A stretch of 64,000 bases of DNA from an uncultured Chthonomonadaceae bacterium (GCA_963835065.1 CAWIEK010000041.1:64001-128000), one strand, 5' to 3'; counted from the stretch's first letter, positions 39,438 to 50,888 are shown. Notes: generated by a model from the letters alone, not told the origin. Numbers and translations are program-made.

Positions 39438-39932
39438 TTACCTCCAATTCACATCATGAAAGGATGACGCCAGTTTGGGCAGGGGCGACGCTGTCCAATA
39501 CGCTTTCACTTCGTTCCAGAGTTGCTGACGGTTCGGAGCGTTAATGGGAAACGCCGTGCTGAGACTGGAAAGGCTTGTCAAGTTTTCGCCATTGACGGAA
39601 ACCAGATAGCCTTTCTCATCAACATCGTCAATCCCAACAAGGTAAGTCGGAGCCGGGTACGACACCAATCCTCGAATACGCGCCTGACTAACTTGCACTT
39701 TAAGGCGATTTTCCCGGCGCGTGTAGCCGAGCCGCGTTGCTTTCACCTGCACAAAGAAGAACGGCGTTGACGACCCGGCGTTGCACAGTTCCACAATGAA
39801 ATCCGCCATAGGCCATTTATCACCAAGAGAGGCGAGCGAGAAGAAAGAGCCGGATACCTGCGGCTGATATTTGGTCATCAGCGTATAGAATAGGGCTTCG
39901 CCCCGCGCCCCCATAGCGTCTTTTGCGTTCAT
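39438..39932 (-). CDS. DUF4365 family PD-(D/E)xK nuclease-like protein
   Basis: G.RGE helix, ADFIVE, FVQVKAT. Confidence 0.75.
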   Translation of the reverse strand: MNAKDAMGARGEALFYTLMTKYQPQVSGSFFSLASLGDKWPMADFIVELCNAGSSTPFFFVQVKATRLGYTRRENRLKVQVSQARIRGLVSYPAPTYLVGIDDVDEKGYLVSVNGENLTSLSSLSTAFPINAPNRQQLWNEVKAYWTASPLPKLASSFHDVNWR

Positions 39933-39940
39933 GGTTTACG

Positions 39941-41397
39941 TTACGCGGTGATGGCTTCGCTGCCGCGCTTGCGAACTTCGATTTTGCGGTCCTTGACGTA
40001 CCCGGCGAACTCGATACCGCCTCGCGGATACGGCGCGCGAACATCTGCCGCTCCGTCAGCATTTCGGCAATCATGCGGGCGTACACTTTCGGGCGGAAGT
40101 AGAACCGCTTGTACATGCGCTCTACCGCGTCCTCGATTTCCGCCGTTGACATATCCGGGTATTGCAGCGTACTGGTCTGGATACCCGTACCCGAAATCAG
40201 GCCGTCGCGGGCGAACCAGTTGTTTGCCAATGCCTGATCGTAGAGTTCCGTGCCGGGATAGGGGGCGGCGATGGAGACTTGAATGGTGTGCGGGTCCAAT
40301 TCCTGCGCGAAGCGAATGGTTTCTTCAACCGTTTCTTTGGTTTCCACAGGCAGGCCGATAATGAACGTGCCATGCACCTTGATGCCCAGTTTCTTGCAGT
40401 TCGCCATGAACTCCCGCGCCATGTCCAGCTTGATGCCCTTTTTAATTCGGTTCAGGATTTCCTGATTGCCCAATTCGAAGCCGACAAGGAGGAGGCGCAG
40501 GCCGTTGTCGCGCAATTGTTTCAGCGTGTCATAATCTACGTGGGCGCGGGCGTTGCACGACCACGTGAAGTTGTTGCGCTTCATGTGCTTGCTGATTTCG
40601 ATAGCGCGGGCTTTGTTGATGGTGAACGTGTCGTCGTCGAACATATACTCGCGCACCTTGTCGCCCCAGATGGCTTTGGCTTCGTCCAGTTCGCGCCCGA
40701 CACATTCGGGGCTTTTGGTGCGGTATTGATGCCCGCCGATGGTTTGGGGCCACAGGCAGAAGGTGCATTTGGCCGGACAGCCCCTGCCCGTGTACCACGA
40801 CACGTACGGGTGCAGCAGATACCCGATAAAGTATTTGGTAATGTCCAGATTGGCGGCATACGTGGGCAGCACGGACGGCATCAAGTCCCAATCGGGAACC
40901 AGTTCGCGGTCTTCGTTGCGCTGGATAATGCCGTTTTTGTCCCGGTAGGAAAGGCCGGTAATGGCGCTCCAATCGTGGTCTTCGGCCAGTTCCTTGCAGG
41001 TATAATCGAACTCATGGCGGCACACGAAGTCAATGATCTTGTTTTCGCGCAGGGTTTGTTCGGGCAGAACGGCGACGTGCGCGCCGATGAAGCCGACTTT
41101 GACGTTCGGGTTCTGCGCTTTGAGTTGGCGGGCGCACTCGACATCGTTGGCAAGGCTGGGCGTACTCGTGTGCATTACGACGAGTTCGTAATCTTTGGCG
41201 ATTTTGAGAATGTCGTCCTGCGTCTGATGGTGCGGCGGCGCGTCAATGAGTTTGCTGCCGGGCACGAGCGCGGCGGGCTGCGCCAGCCAGGTGGGATACC
41301 AGTAGGACGTGATTTCGCGCTTGGCCTGGTAGCGTGAGCCGGCGCCGCCGTCAAAGCCATCGAATGAGGGCGGGCTGAGGAAAAGGGTTTTCAACAC
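39941..41397 (-). CDS. hpnJ: Hopanoid-associated radical SAM protein HpnJ (frameshift near 40018)
   Basis: KTLFLSPPSFDGFDGGAGSRYQA..EI.SYWYPTWLAQ N-terminus; GRGCPAKCTFC; AAGGAG RBS before GTG. Confidence 0.9.
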
Positions 41398-41658
41398 TGC
41401 GGGGATTCTCCTTACTGAACAAATACGGAACAAACGAAATAGGTGAATAGCCGCGAATGAACGCGAACGAACGCGGATAAGCGAGCGGCTCTCGTGCCAT
41501 CGGAATTTTTCAAGCGGATAATTGCTGATGTGCCAACAGTATACCAACAAACCGACGCTTCTGCCTACCTTTCCGCGCGTTTCTGACGCCCTGCGTTGCG
41601 GTATTTCTTGTCAATTACGGGAAAAATGGGGTACATTTAGGAGGGGGTAAACGCAATC

Positions 41659-42744
41659 ATGAAACTGTTCGGAATCTCGCTGGGCAAGGAAAAAGCGGTT
41701 ACATTCAACGAGTTTCGGGATATGGTGCGCCTGGCTGTGCGGCGAACGCATCCCGGCGCGCGAATCGAAGCACGCGACGACGGTTTTATCCTCTACCGCG
41801 AGGGTGAAGCGCCAGTTGTCGGCAACATCAAGCAGCTGTACCACAATTACTATAAAAATCCCGGAGACAAGGACGCGCTTATCGGGGCGTGGATCGGTTC
41901 GCTGACGTTCGAGACGCCGCAGCATACCTGGATGGAAGCCGCCAACACGCTGCGCCCGACCCTGAAAAACACGTCTTTTGTGGAAGCCGCCAACAAATCC
42001 CTGGGCAAGCAGGAGGACTCGCTGCCCTCGCAGCCGTTTTTGGGCGATCTGCATGTGATCGTGATGCGCGACTTGCCCGGCACAGCGGTTGCCGTGACGC
42101 AGAAGATGATGGATGATTGGGGCGTCACGCTTCAGCAGTGCGTCACGGAAGCGATGGGCAATCTGGGCATTCAGAGCTTCCCCGACGTATCCAATGCCAT
42201 GACAACGGGCGGCGGCAAAAAGGGCATAATGGGCGAGGAAGTGGGCCTGGATTTCAAGGGCGACCATCTCACGGCGACGTGGCTGATTTCGGAGCGGTTT
42301 CGGGATTTTGTCGGACAGCGCTTGCAGGGAGATTATATCGTATCGGTTCCCAATCGGGGCCGATTGACCGCCGTGCGCGCCGATGAGCCGGGGTTGATCG
42401 CGTCCGTGCAGCAGACCGCCCGCAACTATGGCAACCAGCCCTATCCACTTACGGGCATGCTGTTTCATGTCAGCGCGGCCACGACGGGCGGGCAAGTGAC
42501 CGTGTTTCAGCCCGGCGCGGCGGGTGCGCCGACAACCCTGGACGCGAACAGCCAATTTGCCGCCAGCAGGCAGCCTGCCGCGCCGCCAAGCGTGGGCAAC
42601 ATGGCGTCGGGACTGGCTCCCCTGCCCACGCCCGCGCAGCCCAAAGGTCTCAACGAGTGGTACGGCCTGAGCGAGTCCACCTCGGACGAGCCGGAACCGC
42701 CCCCCAACGCGCCGCCGACGGTGAAGACGGCGAGGAAGAAATAA
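41659..42744 (+). CDS. DUF1444/YtpQ-like protein with Pro-rich tail
   Basis: LRPTLK...DL.V....D.P...WGVT....A..NL...VSVPNR pattern; GGAGG RBS. Confidence 0.6.
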   Translation: MKLFGISLGKEKAVTFNEFRDMVRLAVRRTHPGARIEARDDGFILYREGEAPVVGNIKQLYHNYYKNPGDKDALIGAWIGSLTFETPQHTWMEAANTLRPTLKNTSFVEAANKSLGKQEDSLPSQPFLGDLHVIVMRDLPGTAVAVTQKMMDDWGVTLQQCVTEAMGNLGIQSFPDVSNAMTTGGGKKGIMGEEVGLDFKGDHLTATWLISERFRDFVGQRLQGDYIVSVPNRGRLTAVRADEPGLIASVQQTARNYGNQPYPLTGMLFHVSAATTGGQVTVFQPGAAGAPTTLDANSQFAASRQPAAPPSVGNMASGLAPLPTPAQPKGLNEWYGLSESTSDEPEPPPNAPPTVKTARKK

Positions 42745-42846
42745 GGCATTAGGCATTAGGCATTAGAAGAACTCTTACAACGCCTTATTGGACACAAACT
42801 TTGTAGTTATCTCTTCTGATGCCTAATGCCTAATGCCTAATGCCTA
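42744..42846. repeat. Inverted heptamer-array hairpin (AGGCATT)n ... (AATGCCT)n
   Basis: Starts in the TAA stop and ends 3 nt before the trpD ATG. Confidence 0.92.
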
Positions 42847-42849
42847 CTC

Positions 42850-43887
42850 ATGCTGCACGACATTCTGCACAAACTGGTAGACAGACAGGACTTGACGCGC
42901 GCTGAAGCGACAGACGTGATGAACGCGCTGATGACGGGGCAGGCTACGCCGGGACAGATCGGGGCGCTGCTGGTCGCGCTGCGGATGAAGGGCGAAACGG
43001 TTGCGGAAGTGACGGGCTTTGTGCAGGCGATGCGGGCGCACCTGGTTCCGGTTCCGACGCGGCGTACTGGTTTATTGGATACGTGCGGCACGGGCGGCAG
43101 CCGTTGCCGCGTGTTCAATGTTTCCACGGCAAGCGCGTTTGTCCTCGCGTCATTAGGTATTCCCGTCGCCAAGCACGGCAACCGGGCGATGTCGGGCGTG
43201 TGCGGCAGCGCGGATGTTTTGGAAGCGTCGGGAGTGCGCGTCCATCTGTCGCCGGAGCAATCGGCGCGGTGCATAGAGGAGGTTGGCATCGGCTTTTTGT
43301 TCGCGCCGAGTTATCATCCCGCCTTGAAGCACGTCGGCCCGATTCGGCGCGAAATCGGCGTTCGCAGCGTTTTCAACCTGCTCGGCCCCCTGTGCAATCC
43401 CGCGGGAGCCACGCGGCAAACGATGGGGGTGTATGACCGCCGCCTATGCCCGCTTGCGATTGGAGCCTTGCGCGACCTGGGCAGCGAACGCGCCCTTGCC
43501 ATGCACGGCGAAGTGGGACTGGACGAAATCGCAACCATCGGCGTCACTACGATCAGCGAACTGCGCGACGGCGAAATTACGCATTACACGCTGACGCGAA
43601 ACCTGTTAGGCTTACACGGCCCGGAACCCTGCCCCGAAGATTTAGCGCCTCGCGCCACGCCCGAAGAAAACGCGCGATTGCTGCGCGACGTTCTGGCAGG
43701 CAAGGATGGTACACAGGCCGAACGCGCCCGTCAGGAACTTGCGGCGGTCAATATAGCGGCTTCCCTGCGCGTGTGTGGACTGGCCGAAACATGGCCGGAC
43801 GCGGTAGAAATGGCCCGCGAAGCGCTTCATTCCGGCGAGGCGTTAGCGAAACTGGACGAACTTAGCGCGTTTACACGGGGGCTTTGA
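42850..43887 (+). CDS. trpD: Anthranilate phosphoribosyltransferase
   Basis: DTCGTGG, FNVST, KHGNR, GSADVLE, FNLLGPL.NP. Confidence 0.96.
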   Translation: MLHDILHKLVDRQDLTRAEATDVMNALMTGQATPGQIGALLVALRMKGETVAEVTGFVQAMRAHLVPVPTRRTGLLDTCGTGGSRCRVFNVSTASAFVLASLGIPVAKHGNRAMSGVCGSADVLEASGVRVHLSPEQSARCIEEVGIGFLFAPSYHPALKHVGPIRREIGVRSVFNLLGPLCNPAGATRQTMGVYDRRLCPLAIGALRDLGSERALAMHGEVGLDEIATIGVTTISELRDGEITHYTLTRNLLGLHGPEPCPEDLAPRATPEENARLLRDVLAGKDGTQAERARQELAAVNIAASLRVCGLAETWPDAVEMAREALHSGEALAKLDELSAFTRGL

Positions 43888-43936
43888 CCTCACCCCCGGC
43901 CCCTCTCCTTGCCGCGCAACGCGCTAGGAGAGGGGA
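43888..43936. repeat. CCTCACCCCCGGCCCCTCTCC...GGAGAGGGG hairpin repeat
   Basis: cccctctcct / aggagagggg stem directly after the trpD stop. Confidence 0.65.
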
Positions 43937-43980
43937 GGCGCGTTCACGCAGGATCTCAGTGAAGAGAAAGAAAATACGAC

Positions 43981-44778
43981 ATGAGCGTTTTATCGGAGAT
44001 ACTGGCAACGAAGCGGACGGAAGTCGCATGGCAGCGGCAGCGAACGCCCCTCAGCATGATGCAGGAACAGGTGATTGACGCGCCGCCCGCGCGGGATTTT
44101 CGCGCCGCTATTCAGACGGCAAGAGAAACGAAGGGCGTGGCGCTGATTGCCGAAGTGAAGAAAGCGTCGCCGTCCAAGGGCGTGATTTGCGCCAACTTCG
44201 ATGCGCTCGTGATTGCGCGAACGTATGCCGACGCGGGCGCGACGTGCCTGTCCGTGCTGACCGATGAGCCGTACTTTCAGGGCAAATTGGAGTACCTGTC
44301 CGAGATACGCAAGATCGTGGATGTGCCTCTATTGCGCAAGGATTTTATCATTGATCCGTGGCAGGTGGTGGAAAGCCGGTTGGCGGGCGCGGACGCGATT
44401 TTGCTGATTGTCGCCGCCCTGCCCTGTCAGGATTTACGCGCCTGCCTTGCCCTGACGCGGGAATACGGCATGACGGCCCTGGTGGAAGTACACGACGGAG
44501 ACGAGTTGCAGGAAGCGCTGGACGCGGGCGCGGATTTCATCGGCATCAACAACCGCGATCTGCACACCTTCCGAACTAATATCGCCGTCACGCTCGACCT
44601 GCTGAAGCAAACGCCGCGAACAGACAACAGCACACTCTTTGTCAGCGAAAGCGGCATTGTCACCCGCGCCGACGTGGAAACGCTGGCAAACGCGGGCGTG
44701 GACGCGGTTCTCGTCGGCGAAGCCCTGATGCGCGAGTCCGACATCGCCGCGAAAGTACATGAACTGTTGGGAAGTTGA
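43981..44778 (+). CDS. trpC: Indole-3-glycerol phosphate synthase
   Basis: IAEVKKASPSKG, LRKDFI, GINNRDL, SESGI. Confidence 0.97.
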   Translation: MSVLSEILATKRTEVAWQRQRTPLSMMQEQVIDAPPARDFRAAIQTARETKGVALIAEVKKASPSKGVICANFDALVIARTYADAGATCLSVLTDEPYFQGKLEYLSEIRKIVDVPLLRKDFIIDPWQVVESRLAGADAILLIVAALPCQDLRACLALTREYGMTALVEVHDGDELQEALDAGADFIGINNRDLHTFRTNIAVTLDLLKQTPRTDNSTLFVSESGIVTRADVETLANAGVDAVLVGEALMRESDIAAKVHELLGS

Positions 44779-44781
44779 TAG

Positions 44782-45021
44782 ATGAGCAACATAGACCGCT
44801 ATCAAGTGTGCATCTGGTGGAGTGACGAAGATGGCGCATTTGTAGCGTCCATGCCTGAACTTCCCGGCTGCATGGCCGATGGACAGACGCAGGGCGAAGC
44901 GCTTGCCGCCCTGCGCGAAGTAGCCGGATTGTGGATTGAGACCGCGCAGCAGTTAGGCCGGGCCGTTCCGCAGCCGTCAACGTTTCCCATAGACCTGCAC
45001 CGCTCCAAAGCGTCTGTGTAA
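44782..45021 (+). CDS. hicB: HicB-family antitoxin, no hicA partner
   Basis: WSDEDGAFVA..PELPGC.A.G.T..EA......W......G..VP.P. Confidence 0.85.
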   Translation: MSNIDRYQVCIWWSDEDGAFVASMPELPGCMADGQTQGEALAALREVAGLWIETAQQLGRAVPQPSTFPIDLHRSKASV

Positions 45022-45034
45022 CAGGAACTCTCGT

Positions 45035-45682
45035 ATGTCAAATAGAACCCGTATCAAAATCTGCGGCATCACCAATCTGGAAGACGCGCAGGCTGCCGTT
45101 GCGTATGGAGCCGACGCGCTTGGTTTCATTGCGGTCGCGGATTCGCCGCGCTATGTGAAACCGGAGTATGTTGCTTCGCATATTTTGCCTTTCCTGCCTC
45201 CATTTATCACGCCGGTGCTGGTTGTTAAAGAATGTGAAGAAGAGAGTTTCCCACCTGCCTTACAGAACTTTGGGGCCGTGCAGTTTTATTCCGGTGATTG
45301 CTCCACTACGGTAACGGGAACTACGCGCTGCCTGCGGGCGTTTCGTATTCGGGACGAGGCCAGCCTGCAAGAAATCACGTCGGCGCTAAAGGGGCCATGT
45401 CCCGATGCAATTCTGCTTGATACCTACCACAAAGACAAACTCGGTGGCAGTGGCGAAACATTTAATTGGGAACTGGCGATTGAGGCGAAACAGCGGTTCG
45501 GATTGCCCATCATCCTTGCGGGCGGGTTGACGGCGGAGAATGTCGGGGAAGCGGTACGAACGGTACGCCCGTATGCGGTAGATGTGTCCAGCGGCGTGGA
45601 AGCCAGTCCCGGACGCAAAGACCATGCGAAGATACGGGCGTTTATTGAAGCGGTAAGGGCTGAAGAAAAGGATGAAGGATGA
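45035..45682 (+). CDS. trpF: Phosphoribosylanthranilate isomerase
   Basis: IKICGIT, SPR, GGSGETFNW, LAGGL, DVSSGVE. Confidence 0.96.
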   Translation: MSNRTRIKICGITNLEDAQAAVAYGADALGFIAVADSPRYVKPEYVASHILPFLPPFITPVLVVKECEEESFPPALQNFGAVQFYSGDCSTTVTGTTRCLRAFRIRDEASLQEITSALKGPCPDAILLDTYHKDKLGGSGETFNWELAIEAKQRFGLPIILAGGLTAENVGEAVRTVRPYAVDVSSGVEASPGRKDHAKIRAFIEAVRAEEKDEG

Positions 45683-45698
45683 ATAATGCCATTGTTTC

Positions 45699-45779
45699 CT
45701 AACCTTTGCTGTTACGACATACACTTGTTACAGCAGGCATTGTTTTATGCCATCCTTCCAGTTTCTCAAAGTTGAACAT
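45699..45779 (-). pseudogene. Remnant 5' end of a four-helix-bundle (IVS-like) protein gene
   Basis: AAGGAG RBS then MFNFEKLEGWHKTMPAVTSVCRNSKG*, resembling the family's FEKLEVWQKA...VY..TKxFP start; stops after 26 codons. Confidence 0.65.
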
Positions 45780-45790
45780 GGATGCTCCTT

Positions 45791-45878
45791 TAGTTGATAT
45801 TTGATAGTTGATAGTTGATAGGCAGACTCGCGCATGTGGAGCAGCCTATAGTACAGGAACTATCAACTATCAACTATC
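45791..45878. repeat. Inverted heptamer-array hairpin (TAGTTGA)n ... (TCAACTA)n
   Basis: Right arm supplies the last codons GAT AGT TGA of 45870..46616. Confidence 0.9.
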
Positions 45879-46616
45879 TGCGTCCAACTCTACCATATTA
45901 AACAAGCGGTAAGCGTTGTCGTACAGGATGCGGCGGCGTTCGGCTTCGCTGGCAGTTCCGTCCTTGATCATGCCGATGGCGGCGGCGGGGTCGAGGTGGG
46001 GCAGGCGGCTGCCGAACAGCAGGCGGTGCGCGCCCACGTCCCGGATGGCGGCGGGGATTTTGGCGCGGTCTAACGCGCCGGACGTTTCGAGGAAAATGTT
46101 GGCGGAAGCATGCGCGGCGGCAATGGCTGTGCGCCAGTCGGCTCCGCCCATGCCCAAAAATATGAATTTGTGCATGTTGTACGTTTTGGCGACGTGCAGG
46201 GCGACTTCCACGCAGGCCGCATTGGGCGTGTGCAGGAAAATGGGCTTGTGGTAGCGGCGGCACACGTTGAGCAGTTCCTCGGCCAGAATGGGATGCAGCG
46301 GCTCGTCAGGGTCGGAACCAATCAGCAGCACGCCCAAAAAGCGCCGGTTGCCCAACAGATCGCGCACGATCTGAATACTGGCGTCCACGCGATTCAGGTG
46401 CGCGATCAGGCAGCCGAACAAATTTTCGCTTTGATCCAGCGTGGCTTTCAGGATGCGGTTGCCGGTCACGGGGTCCACCTGCGCGGCCCGCGACGAGAAC
46501 AGCACGGCGCGGTCAATGCCCCGGCTTTGCAGCAGGGGAGTCAACTGCCCGGCGTCTTGATTGATGCCCGGCAGCACGTTGCCTTCCAGATATACTTGAC
46601 AGTCTATGATGGGCAT
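45870..46616 (-). CDS. Amidohydrolase-fold protein B (metal ligands degenerate), intact copy
   Basis: IIDCQVY, GIDRAVL, NIFLETSG, RLLFGSRLP, RILYDNA.RLF. Confidence 0.8.
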   Translation of the reverse strand: MPIIDCQVYLEGNVLPGINQDAGQLTPLLQSRGIDRAVLFSSRAAQVDPVTGNRILKATLDQSENLFGCLIAHLNRVDASIQIVRDLLGNRRFLGVLLIGSDPDEPLHPILAEELLNVCRRYHKPIFLHTPNAACVEVALHVAKTYNMHKFIFLGMGGADWRTAIAAAHASANIFLETSGALDRAKIPAAIRDVGAHRLLFGSRLPHLDPAAAIGMIKDGTASEAERRRILYDNAYRLFNMVELDADS

Positions 46617-46626
46617 GGAACGCTCC

Positions 46627-46732
46627 AGGCATCAGGCATTAGGCATTAGGCATTAGGAGACACTCTCTAAATGAGCATAATCTGCCGCATAGAAGCATCT
46701 TCCTAATGCCTAATGCCTAATGCCTGATGCCT
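46627..46732. repeat. Inverted heptamer-array hairpin (AGGCATT)n ... (AATGCCT)n (second copy 50062-50167)
   Basis: Four units per arm; overlaps the TAG stop of 46731..47453. Confidence 0.92.
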
Positions 46733-47453
46733 ACATGCTAAGGATGCGACGCGCATTGCCGGACAGCACTTGCTGTTTGTCGGCGTCGGACAGGCCGGCG
46801 AATTGCAGCGTGTCCAGAGCGGAAATGATGGGATGCGAGGGCGCGTTGGAGCCGAACAGCAAGCGCGTTGGGCCAACCGCGTCCACGACGGCTTTGAGAC
46901 AGCCCGGCGCAAGCAGGTTCGACAGTTCCAGATGCCAGTTGTCGTGTTCGCGCAGTCCGAGCAAGCTCTCGGCCAGCAGGGCGGGCGGCACATCCGCGAG
47001 AATCACAGGTGGCGCGTACTCGTTCAGAACGCGCGCCAGTTGGGTGATGTCGCCGGGTTTGGACACGCCGACAACGATGGGCAGCCCGGTTTTGCGCAAG
47101 TCTTCCAGCAGGCAGCCGAAGGGAGAGAAATCTATCGGCCAATTCTGCGCGGCGGGGAAAAAGCGGACCATGCGAAAACCATCGGCTTTGGCCTGCATCA
47201 AGGGTGCAGGGTCGCTGTAGTACATCGTCGGGTTGAACGTTGCGACGGGCAGCAGGGAGGGGTTCTGCGCGCAGATGTTTTTCGTCACCGCGTTGCCGAC
47301 TGCGGGGTCGAGCAGCCAGCCCAGCGTAGACAGCGCGCAGGCTGTGCCGACTCCGTTCTGCTGCATCAATTCCAGCAGCGAGTCCACCGTCAGGTCGGTA
47401 CTGGCAAGCGGCAGCGGCCCAAACAGCGTATTCACGTCCACAATTTCATCCAT
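46731..47453 (-). CDS. Amidohydrolase-fold protein A, copy 1
   Basis: IVDVNTLFG, LLPVATFNP, RLLFGSNAP, VLSGNARRIL. Confidence 0.8.
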   Translation of the reverse strand: MDEIVDVNTLFGPLPLASTDLTVDSLLELMQQNGVGTACALSTLGWLLDPAVGNAVTKNICAQNPSLLPVATFNPTMYYSDPAPLMQAKADGFRMVRFFPAAQNWPIDFSPFGCLLEDLRKTGLPIVVGVSKPGDITQLARVLNEYAPPVILADVPPALLAESLLGLREHDNWHLELSNLLAPGCLKAVVDAVGPTRLLFGSNAPSHPIISALDTLQFAGLSDADKQQVLSGNARRILSM

Positions 47454-47472
47454 ACGACACTCCGAAAACAAA

Positions 47473-47715
47473 TTTGAACCACAGAGACACAGAGACACAG
47501 AGGGTTCACAGAGAAAGCCACGAGAGGGTTAAGAGAAGTTTACACATTTCACAGGGAAATACCTGCCTGAGACAGCGCAACGCGCAAATATCTTTCAAAT
47601 TTTTCTATCTTCGTCAGTTTCGCATATTTCGCGGTTCCCATCTCCTTTTCTTCTCTTCTTCTTTTCTTCTTTTCTTCCCCTCTGTGACCCCTCTGTGTCT
47701 CTGTGTCTCTGTGGT

Positions 47716-47720
<5 letters not shown>
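47473..47720. repeat. Hairpin element with 41-bp inverted arms of (ACAGAGAC)n octamers (second copy 50908-51155)
   Basis: tttgaaccacagagacacagagacacagaggg[t/g]tcacagag on both strands, one mismatch; arm contains the gltX TGA. Confidence 0.95.
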
Positions 47721-49289
<1,569 letters not shown>

Positions 49290-49315
49290 CTATTATGGCA
49301 TAGACAGCGCGGAAG

Positions 49316-50051
49316 GTCCAACTCTACCATATTAAACAAGCGGTAGGCGTTATCGTACAGGATGCGGCGGCGTTCGGCTTCGCTGGCTCGTTCCGTCCTT
49401 GATCATGCCGATGGCGGCGGCGGGGTCAAATGGGGCAGGCGGCTGCCGAACAGCAGGCGGTGCGCGCCCTACGTCCCGGATGGCGGCGGGGATTTTGGCG
49501 CGGTCTAGCGCGCCGGACGTTTCGAGGAAAATGTTGGCGGAACATGCGCGGCGGCAATGGCCGTGCGCCAGTCGGCTCCGCCCATGCCTAAAAATATGAA
49601 TTTGTGCATGTTGTACGTTTTGGCGACGTGCAGGGCCACTTCCACGCAGGCCGCATTAGGCGTGTGCAGGAAAATGGGCTTGTGGTAGCGGCGGCACACA
49701 TTGAGCAGTTCCTCGGCCAAAATGGGATGCAGCGGCTCGTCAGGGATCGGAACCAATCAGCAGCACACCCAAAAAGCGCCGGTTGCCCAACAAATCGCGC
49801 ACGATCTGAATACTGGCGTCCACGCGATTCAGGTGCGCGATCAGGCAGCCGAACAAATTCTCGCTTTGATCCAGCGTGGCTTTCAGGATGCGGTTGCCGG
49901 TCACGGGGTCCACCTGCGCGGCCCGCGACGAGAACAGCACGGCGCGGTCAATGCCCCGGCTTTGCAGCAGGGGAGTCAACTGCCCGGCGTCTTGATTGAT
50001 TCCCGGCAGCACGTTGCCTTCGAGATATACTTGACAGTCTATGATGGGCAT
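49316..50051 (-). pseudogene. Amidohydrolase-fold protein B, copy 2 (several indels, native stop lost at the junction)
   Basis: Indels near 49388, 49428, 49470, 49543 and 49746 relative to copy 1. Confidence 0.8.
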
Positions 50052-50165
50052 GGAACGCTCCAGGCATCAGGCATTAGGCATTAGGCATTAGGAGACACTC
50101 TCTAAATGAGCATAATCTGCCGCATAGAAGCATCTTCCTAATGCCTAATGCCTGATGCCTGATGC

Positions 50166-50888
50166 TTACATGCTAAGGATGCGACGCGCATTGCCGGACA
50201 GCACTTGCTGTTTGTCGGCGTCGGACAGGCCGGCGAATTGCAGCGTGTCCAGAGCGGAAATGATGGGATGCGAGGGCGCGTTGGAGCCGAACAGCAAGCG
50301 CGTTGGGCCAACCGCGTCCACGACGGCTTTGAGACAGCCCGGCGCAAGCAGGTTCGACAGTTCCAGATGCCAGTTGTCGTGTTCGCGCAGTCCGAGCAAG
50401 CTCTCGGCCAGCAGGGCGGGCGGCACATCCGCGAGAATCACAGGTGGCGCGTACTCGTTCAGAACGCGCGCCAGTTGGGTGATGTCGCCGGGTTTGGACA
50501 CGCCGACAACGATGGGCAGCCCGGTTTTGCGCAAGTCTTCCAGCAGGCAGCCGAAGGGAGAGAAATCTATCGGCCAATTCTGCGCGGCGGGGAAAAAGCG
50601 GACCATGCGAAAACCATCGGCTTTGGCCTGCATCAAGGGTGCAGGGTCGCTGTAGTACATCGTCGGGTTGAACGTTGCGACGGGCAGCAGGGAGGGGTTC
50701 TGCGCGCAGATGTTTTTCGTCACCGCGTTGCCGACTGCGGGGTCGAGCAGCCAGCCCAGCGTAGACAGCGCGCAGGCTGTGCCGACTCCGTTCTGCTGCA
50801 TCAATTCCAGCAGCGAGTCCACCGTCAGGTCGGTACTGGCAAGCGGCAGCGGCCCAAACAGCGTATTCACGTCCACAATTTCATCCAT
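50166..50888 (-). CDS. Amidohydrolase-fold protein A, copy 2
   Basis: Translation identical to 46731..47453. Confidence 0.8.
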   Translation of the reverse strand: MDEIVDVNTLFGPLPLASTDLTVDSLLELMQQNGVGTACALSTLGWLLDPAVGNAVTKNICAQNPSLLPVATFNPTMYYSDPAPLMQAKADGFRMVRFFPAAQNWPIDFSPFGCLLEDLRKTGLPIVVGVSKPGDITQLARVLNEYAPPVILADVPPALLAESLLGLREHDNWHLELSNLLAPGCLKAVVDAVGPTRLLFGSNAPSHPIISALDTLQFAGLSDADKQQVLSGNARRILSM

